Source: Gemmatimonadales bacterium (GTDB lineage Bacteria > Gemmatimonadota > Gemmatimonadetes > Gemmatimonadales > GWC2-71-9). From it: DNA of 64,000 nt. The stretch lies in assembly GCA_046757925.1 (NCBI GenBank), contig JBHHZE010000004.1, positions 3,263-67,262 of the forward strand, in the 5' to 3' direction. This document shows, piece after piece, positions 9,866-20,208 of the stretch (its first letter is position 1; the number at the start of each line of letters is the position of its first letter). Under the pieces are notes generated by a model. That model did not search any database. It was not told the DNA's origin and was given only the letters and a program-made list of their open reading frames with translations. Position numbers and translations under genes: made by a program.

Positions 9866-11119
9866 TTACGACCCGTGATGCTTCAAAGTCACCAACCCGC
9901 TCGGCACTTTGGGTAGAAAGTATGTCGCTTTCTGCGGCATCACCGCACCCGCATCGGCCACCGCCAGCACCTGATCTACGTCCGTCGGATTCAACAACAC
10001 GCCGGCGGCGGCTTCACCCCTGGCTATCTCGCCGATCAGCGCATCGGGATCGGCGCTATAACCGAGCCAAGCCTCCGAGCCAGCCATGTGCAGCAGCCGC
10101 TTGACGATCATCTCATCCACACGGGCCACATCGAGTGAGGCTACCGCAGGTTCGTTCACGAAAGGCAAGTCTCCCAAACTCGCACCGCCCTTGAGCAATA
10201 ACGCCAACGCGTTTCCGCTCGGTCGCACGACTACACAGGCGGTGCCCCTGTCCTTTAGGTCCGCCAGGTGCGCGACGCAGTTTTCCTCCGAAGAAAGCTC
10301 ACGAAGGTGAAAACGTTCCCTCAATTCGTCGATAAACGGATCAATATCTATGCGATCTCCGTAAATCACACGATGCGTGGGGAGAACCTTGAGTCCGGGA
10401 TCGCCCACCGGCACCACCAGCGCGAGGGTACGGTCCGCTCCGGGGGCTTCATCCATGTATGCCCCGGCCGTCTCATACCTGTGGTGGCCGTCAGCCATGT
10501 ATAGTGGCCCGCAGCCGGCAGCTTCAGCGAGCTTCCGGCCCTCGACTGCACTCACTCGCCACAACCTGACGTCAACCCCGTTCAATTCACACTCGACAAG
10601 CGGTCGATGTCCGGTAACCTCTACCAATCCTTGCTGCAGCTTTCCGTCGTCATCTGGCGCGAGCATCAGCAACGCCTCAAACATCGCACCGGTTGCACGC
10701 ATTAGGGCAAGTCTATCCTGCTTGGGCCCCGCGTGCGTCTTCTCGTGGGGCTTTACCACACCGGTTCCCATCGGTTCCACGAGCACCGCCCCAATGACTC
10801 CGGTCCGCGTATATACTCCACCTCCCGGCGCAGTGAAATCTTGTTGCACCACGTACACGCTTTCCTCGGAATCAGGCTGCAGCACACCTTGTTCCAGCCA
10901 CTTGGCAAACAGTTTTCCAGCGCGTTCGTATTTGTCCTCATCTCCTGCGGGAAGGATCAAGTGCACAATGTTGTGAATGTTACGCTCAGCCAGTGCACCA
11001 CGTTCCTCGACGGATATCACATCATACGGAGGCGCAATCAGGTCTTGCAGTCGGTCACCAGCCTGAAATCGATAACCAACGAATGGTGCAACCGCGGACT
11101 TTGAGTTCGAGCTAGACAT
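9866..11119 (-). CDS. DUF1015 family protein
   Basis: APPYDVIS, PHEKT, ADGHHRYETA and MPQKATYFLPK motifs; start set at ATG 11119. Confidence 0.92.
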   Translation of the reverse strand: MSSSNSKSAVAPFVGYRFQAGDRLQDLIAPPYDVISVEERGALAERNIHNIVHLILPAGDEDKYERAGKLFAKWLEQGVLQPDSEESVYVVQQDFTAPGGGVYTRTGVIGAVLVEPMGTGVVKPHEKTHAGPKQDRLALMRATGAMFEALLMLAPDDDGKLQQGLVEVTGHRPLVECELNGVDVRLWRVSAVEGRKLAEAAGCGPLYMADGHHRYETAGAYMDEAPGADRTLALVVPVGDPGLKVLPTHRVIYGDRIDIDPFIDELRERFHLRELSSEENCVAHLADLKDRGTACVVVRPSGNALALLLKGGASLGDLPFVNEPAVASLDVARVDEMIVKRLLHMAGSEAWLGYSADPDALIGEIARGEAAAGVLLNPTDVDQVLAVADAGAVMPQKATYFLPKVPSGLVTLKHHGS

Positions 11120-11173
11120 AATCGTCCCGTATTTCCCTGTCGCAGCAATAGTGGTCGAGTTCACATTGCGTCA

Positions 11174-12079
11174 CTACCAGTCGCGAGCGGCAGCGACGGC
11201 CTCGTCTAGCAGGCGTCTGTACGATGCCAACCGACTGGCCGCCATCTGGCCGTTCTGCGCGGCCCTCGCCACAGCACAGCCGGGCTCCTCCAGGTGGCGA
11301 CAATTATCGAACCGACAATCCGTTTCAAATTTCTCGAGTTCTGGGAAAGCTGCAGCTACCTCTAACGGTTCCAGTCCCCAAAGACCAATGTCCCTTAGCC
11401 CCGGCGTATCCACGACAAACCCGCTTGGCCCGAAAGGATACATCTCCGCTGCAACCGTCGTGTGCCTACCCCCACCCGACTTCTCGCTCACCTCCGAGGT
11501 CCGTAGCTTGAGACCCGGTTGCATCGCATTAAGTAGACTCGACTTTCCAACGCCCGTCGGCCCAGTGAGTAAAGAGATGCATCCGTCGAGGTACGACGCA
11601 AGTTCATCGAGACCCTCCCGGTTGGGCACACTCGTAAGTACAACTCGATATCCTGCCGTCCTGTAGGGCAATGCGAGAACATCTGACCTATCGCACAAAT
11701 CGCACTTGTTGACCACTAGGGTTACAGCCAGACCGTTGGCCTCTGCAACGGCCGTAAAGCGATCCATTGTATGCGCATTCCACGCAGGTCTCCGTGTCGC
11801 TCCCACCACCACTACCTGATCGACGTTCGCGGCTACGTGTCGCACACCTCTGTGCCCCCCTGGAGTACGGCGCTTGAGCACAGAGGACCTGGGCTCCACT
11901 TCTTCGACCGTGGCACCACCATCGTCGTGCTCAGTCACTACAACTCGGTCACCCACCAAGACTCGTTCCCGTCCCGACTGTCTCAATCGGCCGCGGAGGT
12001 TCGCTTCGACAATTCTGCCATCACAGCTAACCCGGTACAACCCGCCCGTCTTGGCAAGTACTATTCCCTGTATTCCCAC
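11174..12079 (-). CDS. rsgA: Ribosome small subunit-dependent GTPase A
   Basis: OB fold (VGDRV), AANVD, NKCDL, GPTGVGKSS, GRHTT, DTPG and Zn finger CRFDNCRHLEEPGC; GTG start overlaps the upstream TAG. Confidence 0.96.
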   Translation of the reverse strand: MGIQGIVLAKTGGLYRVSCDGRIVEANLRGRLRQSGRERVLVGDRVVVTEHDDGGATVEEVEPRSSVLKRRTPGGHRGVRHVAANVDQVVVVGATRRPAWNAHTMDRFTAVAEANGLAVTLVVNKCDLCDRSDVLALPYRTAGYRVVLTSVPNREGLDELASYLDGCISLLTGPTGVGKSSLLNAMQPGLKLRTSEVSEKSGGGRHTTVAAEMYPFGPSGFVVDTPGLRDIGLWGLEPLEVAAAFPELEKFETDCRFDNCRHLEEPGCAVARAAQNGQMAASRLASYRRLLDEAVAAARDW

Positions 12080-12399
12080 TACCAGTCGAGCGTCTCTCTT
12101 GGCCTGGCTATCAGGCGATCCAGGTGTTCTTTCAGTTCGTACAGGGTCAGGTCTTCGATGGCACGGCCCGCCTGCTCCGGAGAATTGCCAAACGCCAGAT
12201 ACTCGGTTTCCAAGTGTCCATCCGGACCACCACGGCTCGACGACCAACGAATGAAGAGAACCGCGGCACCATAGCGACCATCTTCACACGGGGTCTCGTC
12301 CGCAAATACCTCCACCGAATACGCATTCCCGTCTGCCCCGGTGAACGCAGGCGGTCGATCGTGGACCGCGCGATACCCACCTAGGGTCTTATCTCTTAT
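12079..12399 (-). CDS. Hypothetical protein (~106 aa); start uncertain, possibly ATA
   Basis: Protein-like ORF TLGGYRAVHDRPPAF...GHLETEYLAFG...LKEHLDRLI exactly fills the gap between the proline dehydrogenase gene and rsgA. Confidence 0.7.
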   Translation of the reverse strand: MRDKTLGGYRAVHDRPPAFTGADGNAYSVEVFADETPCEDGRYGAAVLFIRWSSSRGGPDGHLETEYLAFGNSPEQAGRAIEDLTLYELKEHLDRLIARPRETLDW

Positions 12400-13331
12400 C
12401 GTGTTCGCGAGAGTCTCTCCTTCGTCATACTCGCCACCATGAAAACAACGTTCGCTGGCCGTTCCGCCAGCCTGCGCATGAGATAGGGATACCAGTTGTT
12501 TCCGAACGGAACGTAAACACGCACGTTGTATCCTTTCTCCCTCAGCGCTTGCTGCAAATCCCGTCTCACCCCGTAGAGCATTTGGAACTCGAAGCGGTCG
12601 GGCGAAACATTGTGACACTCGACAAACTCCAACGCCTGATCGATCAAGCGCTCATCGTGCGTGGCGATCGCCGGGTACTTACCATCGGTGAGCAGCCGTT
12701 TCATGAGCGTCAGATACGATGCGTCGACTTCCTGCCTCGTCCCAAACGCGACCGACACGGGCTCGGCATAAGCTCCTTTGCAAAGTCGCACGCGTGCACC
12801 CAGTGAGATCATTCTCTCCACATCCCCGCCCGAGCGTCGCAGATAACCCTGAATCACAACACCGGTGAGCTCGCCAAATTCAGGGTGCAGATCGTGCGTG
12901 AAAACGTCAAGCGTGCGCTCAGTATAGGCGGAACTCTCCATGTCGATCCTCACAAAGATACCGTGCTCGCTCGCCCGTGTGAGGATGGCCCTCATATTTT
13001 CTACACAAAGCGCTCGATCGATGTCCAGACCCAACTGCGTGAGCTTCACCGAGACGTTACCTACCACCCCGCTTGCAGCGATAGCATCGAGGACATCCAA
13101 GACGTCGTCGCGGGCTCTGTAGGTTTCCTCAGGAACATGGACGCTCTCACCCAATAGATCGAGACTCACCTCTATGTTCCTGGAATTGAGCGTCTTGGCA
13201 GCCGCCACTGCACTTTCCACGGTCTCTCCGGCGACGAACCGGGAGGCGATACGTTGGGCTAAACTGTTTTGTTTGACGAAATTGAATGCGCCCCGGCGTT
13301 CGCTTAGCCAGAGGAGAAGCCCTTTGAGCAT
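12396..13331 (-). CDS. Monofunctional proline dehydrogenase (PutB-like)
   Basis: RFVAGET, DLLGE, SVKLTQLG, RIDME, RLCKGAY, IATHD, FQMLYG, RVYVPFG and YLMRRLAERP motifs; start MLKGLLL. Confidence 0.95.
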   Translation of the reverse strand: MLKGLLLWLSERRGAFNFVKQNSLAQRIASRFVAGETVESAVAAAKTLNSRNIEVSLDLLGESVHVPEETYRARDDVLDVLDAIAASGVVGNVSVKLTQLGLDIDRALCVENMRAILTRASEHGIFVRIDMESSAYTERTLDVFTHDLHPEFGELTGVVIQGYLRRSGGDVERMISLGARVRLCKGAYAEPVSVAFGTRQEVDASYLTLMKRLLTDGKYPAIATHDERLIDQALEFVECHNVSPDRFEFQMLYGVRRDLQQALREKGYNVRVYVPFGNNWYPYLMRRLAERPANVVFMVASMTKERLSRTR

Positions 13332-13347
13332 TATGAGCCGGGGAAAA

Positions 13348-15480
13348 TCACGGGTGGGCGTAGATCGAAGCGCCCGATTGAGTGAGTCGCTCGAGCATCG
13401 GCGCTGGGGTGAACCGATCGCCATACCTACGGGCCAAGTCGTTCAAAGTGTCTACGACCGATGCACTACCCAACTCATCCATGTATCGCAGCGGACCGCC
13501 GCGGAACGGCGGGAACCCAATACCGAAAACCGCTCCAATATCTCCGTCCCTGGGAGACCTCACGACCCCCTCCTCCAATGCCCGTGCCGCCTCGTTGAGC
13601 ATCACGAACACCAATCGGCGTCTTACATCCCGATCGGAGACATCGCCAGTCTTGTTAGAACTGACGATGTCGTACACTGCACGGTCGACACCCTTCTTCT
13701 TGCCATCTTGGTAGATGTAGAAGCCCCTACCGCTCTTTCTCCCCAACCTTCCCTCCTCGGTCATCCTACCTAGGCTCTCTATGGGCTTGATTCTGTCGCC
13801 GTACGCTTCGTACAGCACCGCCGACGCCTTGAGGGCCACATCGAGCCCCACTTCATCCAGAAGTGTAACCGGGCCTACCGGGAAACCGAACGTGGTCATC
13901 GACTTATCGAGCGTTTCGACCGGGACGCCCTCCTCCAGCATTCTGCCTGCCTCATTCATGTAAGGCGCGAGAATCCGATTGACCCAAAAGCCCGGCGTAT
14001 CACGTACGACTATTACCGTCTTGCCCATCCTGCGGCCGAAAGCCACCGCCGTCACGGTGGCCCAGGGAGCCGTCTCATCGGTCACGATCACCTCGAGCAG
14101 CGGCATCTTCTCCACGGGCGAGAAGAAATGCATGCCTAGCACCCGTTCCGGACACTGCACTGCCTCTGCGATCCGCTTGATCGGTATCGTACTTGTGTTC
14201 GAGGCGAGCAGACAACGCTCGGACACTTGTTGTTCGAGAACCGTGAAGACCTCACGCTTGACGTCAAGGTCTTCATATACCGCCTCGATTACGAGATCCG
14301 ATCGAGCAAATCCCGCCCAATCTACGCCGCCCGAAATGAGGCTCCGGAGCCGGCGGTAGTCGTACTTGGTGATGCGCCGTCGCTTGAGGCGCCGCTCGAG
14401 TCCCATCCTCGCAGCTGCAACACCCCTCGCGACATCTTCGAGTTTGGTATCTCTGAGCCTCACGTCGACCTTTGCCTTAGCGACTGCCACACCGGCGATT
14501 GCGGAACCCATGAACCCCGCTCCTACAACTGCCATGCCCTGCACCCGTTTCGCCTGAGGTGCGGCTCCTTCGACTCCAGGATCTTTTTTCAGTGCGGTCG
14601 ACGCAAAGAAAATTTCGACCAGCCGTTTGGATACTCCGCCGATGGCGAGTTCGGCAAAATGGGCAGCCTCACTGTCCATACCCGCCTCGATGCCGTAGGC
14701 GAGACCGTGCGACACCGCTTCTAGAGCTGCTAGGGGAGCCGGGTAATGTCCCCCCGTTTTCTGGAGAACCGACTTGCGTGCCTTGGAAAAAACTAGTTTG
14801 CGCCCAAGCACATTCCGGTCGAGCAGTAGAGCGGCAACGCCGCCAGTCCCACGTCTCTTTCGTTTGCGCCCGTCCGGCAGGGACCTGGCCGCCTTGAAAG
14901 CAACTTCCTCGAGGATCGCAGGATGAACCAACTCATCGACCATTCCGCGCTTGAACGCGGCCTTTGCCGGAATCGTCTTGCCCGCGAGGATCATATCCAG
15001 GGCCACCCTGAGTCCAACCAGCCGCGGCAATCGCTGACATCCTCCGGCAGCCGGGATGATACCCAATTGGACTTCCGGCAGTCCCAGAACCGTTTTGGGG
15101 TGATCCGTGGCGATCCTGTAAGAGCACGCCAGTGCCGTTTCGAAGCCGCCACCCACGCACGCACCGTGAATTGCTGCGACTATCGGCTTCCCCAGATTCG
15201 CAACCTGGTTGATGAGACCCTGTCCGGCCTTGACCAGCGCCAGGGCCTCATCCCGCGTCGTTAGAGCGGTGAACTCATCAATATCGGCACCAGCGATAAA
15301 GTTGTCCGGCTTGCCCGAGATCAGGACCACCGCCCGTACGCGCTCGTCCGCCTGGAGGCACGGCAGTATCGATTCCAACTCTTCCTTGACGGCGCGCGAG
15401 ATTTTGTTCACGGGCTGGCCCGGCAAGTCCAACTCCAGACGAGCTATCCCTTCGATTAACTCCTGTCTAAACGCTCCCAT
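13348..15480 (-). CDS. fadJ: Fatty acid oxidation complex subunit alpha (enoyl-CoA hydratase/3-hydroxyacyl-CoA dehydrogenase)
   Basis: FIAGADI, GGGFE, GLPEVQLG, GAGFMG, ASNTSTIPI and GMHFFSPVEKMPLLE motifs. Confidence 0.95.
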   Translation of the reverse strand: MGAFRQELIEGIARLELDLPGQPVNKISRAVKEELESILPCLQADERVRAVVLISGKPDNFIAGADIDEFTALTTRDEALALVKAGQGLINQVANLGKPIVAAIHGACVGGGFETALACSYRIATDHPKTVLGLPEVQLGIIPAAGGCQRLPRLVGLRVALDMILAGKTIPAKAAFKRGMVDELVHPAILEEVAFKAARSLPDGRKRKRRGTGGVAALLLDRNVLGRKLVFSKARKSVLQKTGGHYPAPLAALEAVSHGLAYGIEAGMDSEAAHFAELAIGGVSKRLVEIFFASTALKKDPGVEGAAPQAKRVQGMAVVGAGFMGSAIAGVAVAKAKVDVRLRDTKLEDVARGVAAARMGLERRLKRRRITKYDYRRLRSLISGGVDWAGFARSDLVIEAVYEDLDVKREVFTVLEQQVSERCLLASNTSTIPIKRIAEAVQCPERVLGMHFFSPVEKMPLLEVIVTDETAPWATVTAVAFGRRMGKTVIVVRDTPGFWVNRILAPYMNEAGRMLEEGVPVETLDKSMTTFGFPVGPVTLLDEVGLDVALKASAVLYEAYGDRIKPIESLGRMTEEGRLGRKSGRGFYIYQDGKKKGVDRAVYDIVSSNKTGDVSDRDVRRRLVFVMLNEAARALEEGVVRSPRDGDIGAVFGIGFPPFRGGPLRYMDELGSASVVDTLNDLARRYGDRFTPAPMLERLTQSGASIYAHP

Positions 15481-15481
15481 C

Positions 15482-16777
15482 CTACCGCCGCTCCAAGATC
15501 ATGATGAAGCCCATACCCCCTTGCGCACACACCGATAACAGACCGAACTGCACGTCCCTCCGTGCCATTTCATTTGCCAACGTCAGTACCAAGCGTCCTC
15601 CCGTGGCACCGAAGGGATGTCCAATACTGATTGAACCACCCATCACGTTGAGAGTGTCCCAATTGACTTCCCCGATCGCTGCCGACCTTCCCAGCTTTTC
15701 TCTGGCCCATTCCGGGGACTCGATCGCCTGGATATTGGACAGGACCTGAGCCGCGAAGGCTTCATGCATTTCGACGAGACCTAGCTCCCCCCACGTGATG
15801 CCAGCCCGCTCGAACGCAACCGGGGCAGCATAGACCGGCCCCATGAGTAACTGTTCACCCGGATCCAGTGCCGCGACGGCATACGACCGAATGAACGCGA
15901 TCGGGTCGTACCCGAGCGCAACCGCCGATTCCTCGCTCATCAAGAGCACAGCAGATCCACCATCTGTCAGTGGCGATGAGTTCGCCGCAGTGACGGTGCC
16001 GTACCGCCGATCGAACACCGGTCGCAACTTTGACATCTGTTCCAAGGACGTATCCGCCCGTATTCCATTATCTTGCTCAACGATTCTGCCCGGGCCCATG
16101 TCCATGAAAGGCGCGATTTCAGCGGTAAGTCGCCCATCCTTCGTTCCAGCCAGAGCAAGTCGATGACTGCGCAGCGCCAGCCGGTCTTGTTCGATGCGGC
16201 TGATGCCGTTCAGCTTCGCCATCTTCTCGGCAGACTGACCCATCGTTTCGCCCGTTGACGGCTCGGCGATAGCCGGTGAAACCGGTATCAGGTCTCTGGG
16301 TCGAACCGACGATAGGAGCCCGACGCGCTCCCCGAGAGTCCTGGCACGGCTCAGCTTTACCAAGATCTCGGAAAGGTGCGGCGAATGAAGTATCGGGATA
16401 TTCGACAGGCTTTCCGCACCGCCTGCTATCACCACGTCGGCGTGACCGAGAGCTATCTGATCGTGTCCTATCGCGATCGCCTGGTTGGCCGAGGCACAAG
16501 CCCGATTCACCGATGCTGCCGGTATGCTCTTAGGGAACTGTGGCAGTAGACTCACCTCTCGGGCCAGGTTGGGCTCCAACGGGCTGGCCACGACCTGGCC
16601 AAAGTACATTTCGTCTACCAGGTTACCATCGAGATTGGTTCTGTGAAGCAATTCGACCACGGCCGCCCGTGCGAGGTCCACTGCCGAGAAATTCTTCAAT
16701 ACCGTTCCGGACTTGCAGAACGGGGTACGGCATCCGCCTACCACCGCCACGCGGCGTCCATTTCTCGTAGGGCTCAT
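15482..16777 (-). CDS. fadI: Acetyl-CoA C-acyltransferase (thiolase, FadI type)
   Basis: RTPF, NRACAS, HEAFAAQ, GHPFGATG and CAQGG motifs; adjacent to fadJ. Confidence 0.93.
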   Translation of the reverse strand: MSPTRNGRRVAVVGGCRTPFCKSGTVLKNFSAVDLARAAVVELLHRTNLDGNLVDEMYFGQVVASPLEPNLAREVSLLPQFPKSIPAASVNRACASANQAIAIGHDQIALGHADVVIAGGAESLSNIPILHSPHLSEILVKLSRARTLGERVGLLSSVRPRDLIPVSPAIAEPSTGETMGQSAEKMAKLNGISRIEQDRLALRSHRLALAGTKDGRLTAEIAPFMDMGPGRIVEQDNGIRADTSLEQMSKLRPVFDRRYGTVTAANSSPLTDGGSAVLLMSEESAVALGYDPIAFIRSYAVAALDPGEQLLMGPVYAAPVAFERAGITWGELGLVEMHEAFAAQVLSNIQAIESPEWAREKLGRSAAIGEVNWDTLNVMGGSISIGHPFGATGGRLVLTLANEMARRDVQFGLLSVCAQGGMGFIMILERR

Positions 16778-16846
16778 ATTGTGGAAGTTAGTCGAACCTG
16801 GATAGAGTTTCCACGACGCTCTTGTGGCTGGCCGTCAATCGTCACA

Positions 16847-17386
16847 TCATTTTGTCCGTTCCGCTAACACACTTGCGATGACTTTCTGATGCTCGTTGAA
16901 TTCCTCCACGACTTCACGTGCAAGGATCACCTCGAGTGGTTTGACCAAATCGAGCAGTTCACAATCCATTAGGAGGTAATCTTCACACTTCGGTCCAGAA
17001 TCGAGTTCTCTTTGCCCGTTGCGAAAAGTCTCGGCGAGGAACATGCCTCCCGGCTTTACGGCGTTGAGGAACTCGCGCATACGTCGGCGGTCGAGATAGT
17101 AGAACACCATAACGACGTCGAATTCACCAGGTGGCAGCGCGTCGCGTTCGAGATCGGCGTGCACCCAGTCGACCGACACGGCACACGCCCCGGCTTTCTC
17201 ACTAGCCGTCCTGAGCTTCTCCGCGTTCGAGTCGACCGCCACGACCTTGGCACCGAGTTGTGCGGCGGCAATCGCGTGGCGACCCTCGCCACAGCCCACA
17301 TCCAATACGGTCGAGCCGGGCCGAATGATCCCCTCATGCCATCGGAACCAAGTGCTCGTGATATCGACCAATCCGGCCTCTGACAC
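16847..17386 (-). CDS. Class I SAM-dependent methyltransferase (TehB-like)
   Basis: VLDVGCGEGRHA motif I, FDVV, VKPGG; SD GGAGG at 17396-17400. Confidence 0.88.
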   Translation of the reverse strand: MSEAGLVDITSTWFRWHEGIIRPGSTVLDVGCGEGRHAIAAAQLGAKVVAVDSNAEKLRTASEKAGACAVSVDWVHADLERDALPPGEFDVVMVFYYLDRRRMREFLNAVKPGGMFLAETFRNGQRELDSGPKCEDYLLMDCELLDLVKPLEVILAREVVEEFNEHQKVIASVLAERTK

Positions 17387-17389
17387 CTA

Positions 17390-19060
17390 GTGACGCCTCC
17401 ATTCTCGCATCAGACGCGGAGTGAGAACATCGCCGCGATGACCACCGAGTCCTTGGACCTGCTCGTCATCGGAGCCGGAATAACCGGCGCTGGTATTGCA
17501 CGGGCTGCCTCGATGCGCGGGATCCGGACTGCCATTGTGGACATGGGGGACTTCGCTTCGGGCACCAGTTCCAAGTCGTCCCGTCTCGTACACGGCGGGC
17601 TGCGCTACCTCGAGCACGGTCACTTTGGACTCGTATTCGAGGCAAGTCGCGAGCGGCGGGTCTTGCTCCGGATTGCACCCCACCTGGTTCATGCTCGCTC
17701 GTTTCTGTTTCCCATTCACAAGGGGGCCCGGGTTTCCCGCTGGAAGCTCACGGCCGGCCTGTGGCTGTATGACATTCTTGCCATGTTCCACAATGTGCGG
17801 CGACATCGGATGCTCAGCAAGCAGGCCATGAAACGAGCCGAGCCCAGAATCAAGGATCGGGGCCTCAAGGGCGGCGCCCGATACTACGATGCGCAGTGCG
17901 ACGATGCCAGACTCACGCTGGCGACCGTCCGAAGTGCCCACCGTCACGGCGCGTTGGTTGCCAACTACATCCGAGCAGACCAACTCGACGTCGCCGACGG
18001 TAAAGTGCGCGGTGCCCGCATCACTGATCTCACGACTGGAGCCGAGTATGCCGTACATGCTCAAGTTGTAGTCAATGCCACTGGTCCCTGGTCGGATAGA
18101 ATGCGCGATCAATGGGACGACGACCCCGCCCTGCGACCTACCAAGGGTGCTCACGTAGCAGTGCCCAGGCACCGCATCGGCAACAACGAGGCATTAACAA
18201 TAACCTCGCCGATAGATGGACGGGTAATGTTCATCATTCCGTGGGGCGACCTATCCTACATTGGCACCACGGATAGCTACTGTTCGGCTATTCCCGATAC
18301 AGTCTACGCGACCGGCGAAGACGTCCTCTACCTCTTGCGCTCGGCCAACGCGCTGTTCCCAGATGCCCGCCTGACACCTACCGACGTAGTTGCTACTTGG
18401 GCCGGACTCCGCCCTCTGCTAGCGCCTGACAACCCACAGGATCCCCGGTCCGTGTCGCGGGAACACCGTGTGCTGGAGAGTTCGAGTGGGCTCGTGTCCA
18501 TCGTGGGGGGCAAGCTGACCACCTATAGAGTCATGGCCACACAAACCGTAGACAGAGTAGCCGCCAAGTTGCGCCAACTCGACGGCAGACCGGTCCCCCC
18601 CCCAGCCGGAACCGATCGCGAACCGCTACCAGGCGGCGAGATTCAGAACCTGGACGTCTTGGTAGAGGAGACAAAGCGGGGGGGATATCCCCAAGAGACC
18701 GCCGAACACCTGGTGAGAACCTACGGCAGCGAAACCCCGGCTGTCGTCCGGCTCGCCCAATCTAACCCGGAATTCGCAACGCAGATCCATCCCGACCACC
18801 CCGCTGTGATAGCGGAGTTGGTCCAGGCAATCCGCTGTGAGATGGCCATTACCCTGTGCGATCTTCTGATCCGGCGCATCCACTTGTTTTACGAAACAGC
18901 CGATCAGGCTTGCGACCGGGCATCGCGCGTCGCAGATATAGCCGCAAGCGAACTGGGGTGGGACGAACAGCGTAAAGAGGCCGAGTTAGCAGCCTATTCT
19001 AGTGAAGTGGAACGCAGCAACGCCTTCCGCAACGAACTCCGGGGTCTACACCCGGTGTAA
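17390..19060 (+). CDS. glpD: FAD-dependent glycerol-3-phosphate dehydrogenase/oxidase
   Basis: DLLVIGAGITG, GTSSKSSRLVHGGLRYLE, VNATGPW, WAGLRPL, SREH and GGKLTTYR motifs. Confidence 0.95.
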   Translation: MTPPFSHQTRSENIAAMTTESLDLLVIGAGITGAGIARAASMRGIRTAIVDMGDFASGTSSKSSRLVHGGLRYLEHGHFGLVFEASRERRVLLRIAPHLVHARSFLFPIHKGARVSRWKLTAGLWLYDILAMFHNVRRHRMLSKQAMKRAEPRIKDRGLKGGARYYDAQCDDARLTLATVRSAHRHGALVANYIRADQLDVADGKVRGARITDLTTGAEYAVHAQVVVNATGPWSDRMRDQWDDDPALRPTKGAHVAVPRHRIGNNEALTITSPIDGRVMFIIPWGDLSYIGTTDSYCSAIPDTVYATGEDVLYLLRSANALFPDARLTPTDVVATWAGLRPLLAPDNPQDPRSVSREHRVLESSSGLVSIVGGKLTTYRVMATQTVDRVAAKLRQLDGRPVPPPAGTDREPLPGGEIQNLDVLVEETKRGGYPQETAEHLVRTYGSETPAVVRLAQSNPEFATQIHPDHPAVIAELVQAIRCEMAITLCDLLIRRIHLFYETADQACDRASRVADIAASELGWDEQRKEAELAAYSSEVERSNAFRNELRGLHPV

Positions 19061-19068
19061 CATCCTAC

Positions 19069-20208
19069 TCAGTTACCCCCAAAGCCGGAAGCCTCCGCAC
19101 GCGCGTCTCTCCGGCGCACCGAGGCACGATACTCCTCCGTCAGGCGATCGAGCATTTCCGTTCTGCGATCGTAGAGCCTCTTACACTCTCGGTGAGTTCG
19201 CTTGGCTAGGGCGTAGGCAGTCAATAGCGGGAGCCCGACGGTACTGTCCAGATAGCAAACAACGGTATGAGGTAGCTGGTCCGGGTCGAGCTTACCCCAG
19301 CTCACCGCCTCGCCCGGAGTCGCACCTGACAACCCCCCCGTATCGGCTCGGGCGTCCGTAATCTGTAGGTAGTAGTCATGTCCCCGCTCCTCGATTCCCA
19401 ACACCTCCTGGATTTGAGGTTCGGTTTGGAGAATGAAGTTCTTCGGACTGCCCCCTCCCACGATTAGAACCCCACTCCTGCCACCGCCTCGCTTTGCGTC
19501 CAGCACGATCGCCGCCGTTTCGTTCACATCGGCTGACACGTCAAACCGCAGCCCGTGACCTGCTAAGGCAAGCTCTGCCACGTTCATGCCGATCGACGAA
19601 TCGCCTGGTGACGACGTGTAGATTGGAACGCCACATTCGTGCGCCGCAGCAAGGACCGACTTGCCTCCCGAACCCAAAGCCAACTCGCGTTCCCGAACGT
19701 ATCCACCCAGCCTGTAGTGGTACTCCGCCGTGCTCATAGGTCGGTCGAATTCCGGATTCATCGATACAGTGCGGATGAACTGATCGGTTCGAAGGAGCAC
19801 TCTGTAGTCGAATAGAACGTCGTAGATGCGAACGACCCCGGCATCACGGAGAGCCACATCATCCGACGCGGGAGATCCCCGATGCATAGTGAATCCCAGT
19901 GCGAAGTGCGCATCGTGATACAGATTGGCTCCGGTAGAGACGATCCAATCCACGAACCCCGCTTCGACCAGCGGTATTACCGAAGACATGCCAAGACCTG
20001 CCGGTGTCATCGCACCGGTCAAGCCCAGGCCGACCGTCGTACCGTCTGACAGCATGCGTTCCGTAAACAAATGGCAGGCTTCACGTAGCCTTCCGGCGTT
20101 GTATGCGTGGAAGGTTCCGTCGATGAGTTCATCTATAGACTCTGTACCACTGATGGGAGACGGTTCGATCTTCGGCCCGCTGAGGTAACAGGATTTTTCA
20201 GCGGTCAT
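19069..20208 (-). CDS. speY: Deoxyhypusine synthase family protein (homospermidine biosynthesis, SpeY-like)
   Basis: [24 protein letters not shown] and [18 protein letters not shown] (catalytic Lys retained). Confidence 0.85.
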   Translation of the reverse strand: MTAEKSCYLSGPKIEPSPISGTESIDELIDGTFHAYNAGRLREACHLFTERMLSDGTTVGLGLTGAMTPAGLGMSSVIPLVEAGFVDWIVSTGANLYHDAHFALGFTMHRGSPASDDVALRDAGVVRIYDVLFDYRVLLRTDQFIRTVSMNPEFDRPMSTAEYHYRLGGYVRERELALGSGGKSVLAAAHECGVPIYTSSPGDSSIGMNVAELALAGHGLRFDVSADVNETAAIVLDAKRGGGRSGVLIVGGGSPKNFILQTEPQIQEVLGIEERGHDYYLQITDARADTGGLSGATPGEAVSWGKLDPDQLPHTVVCYLDSTVGLPLLTAYALAKRTHRECKRLYDRRTEMLDRLTEEYRASVRRRDARAEASGFGGN

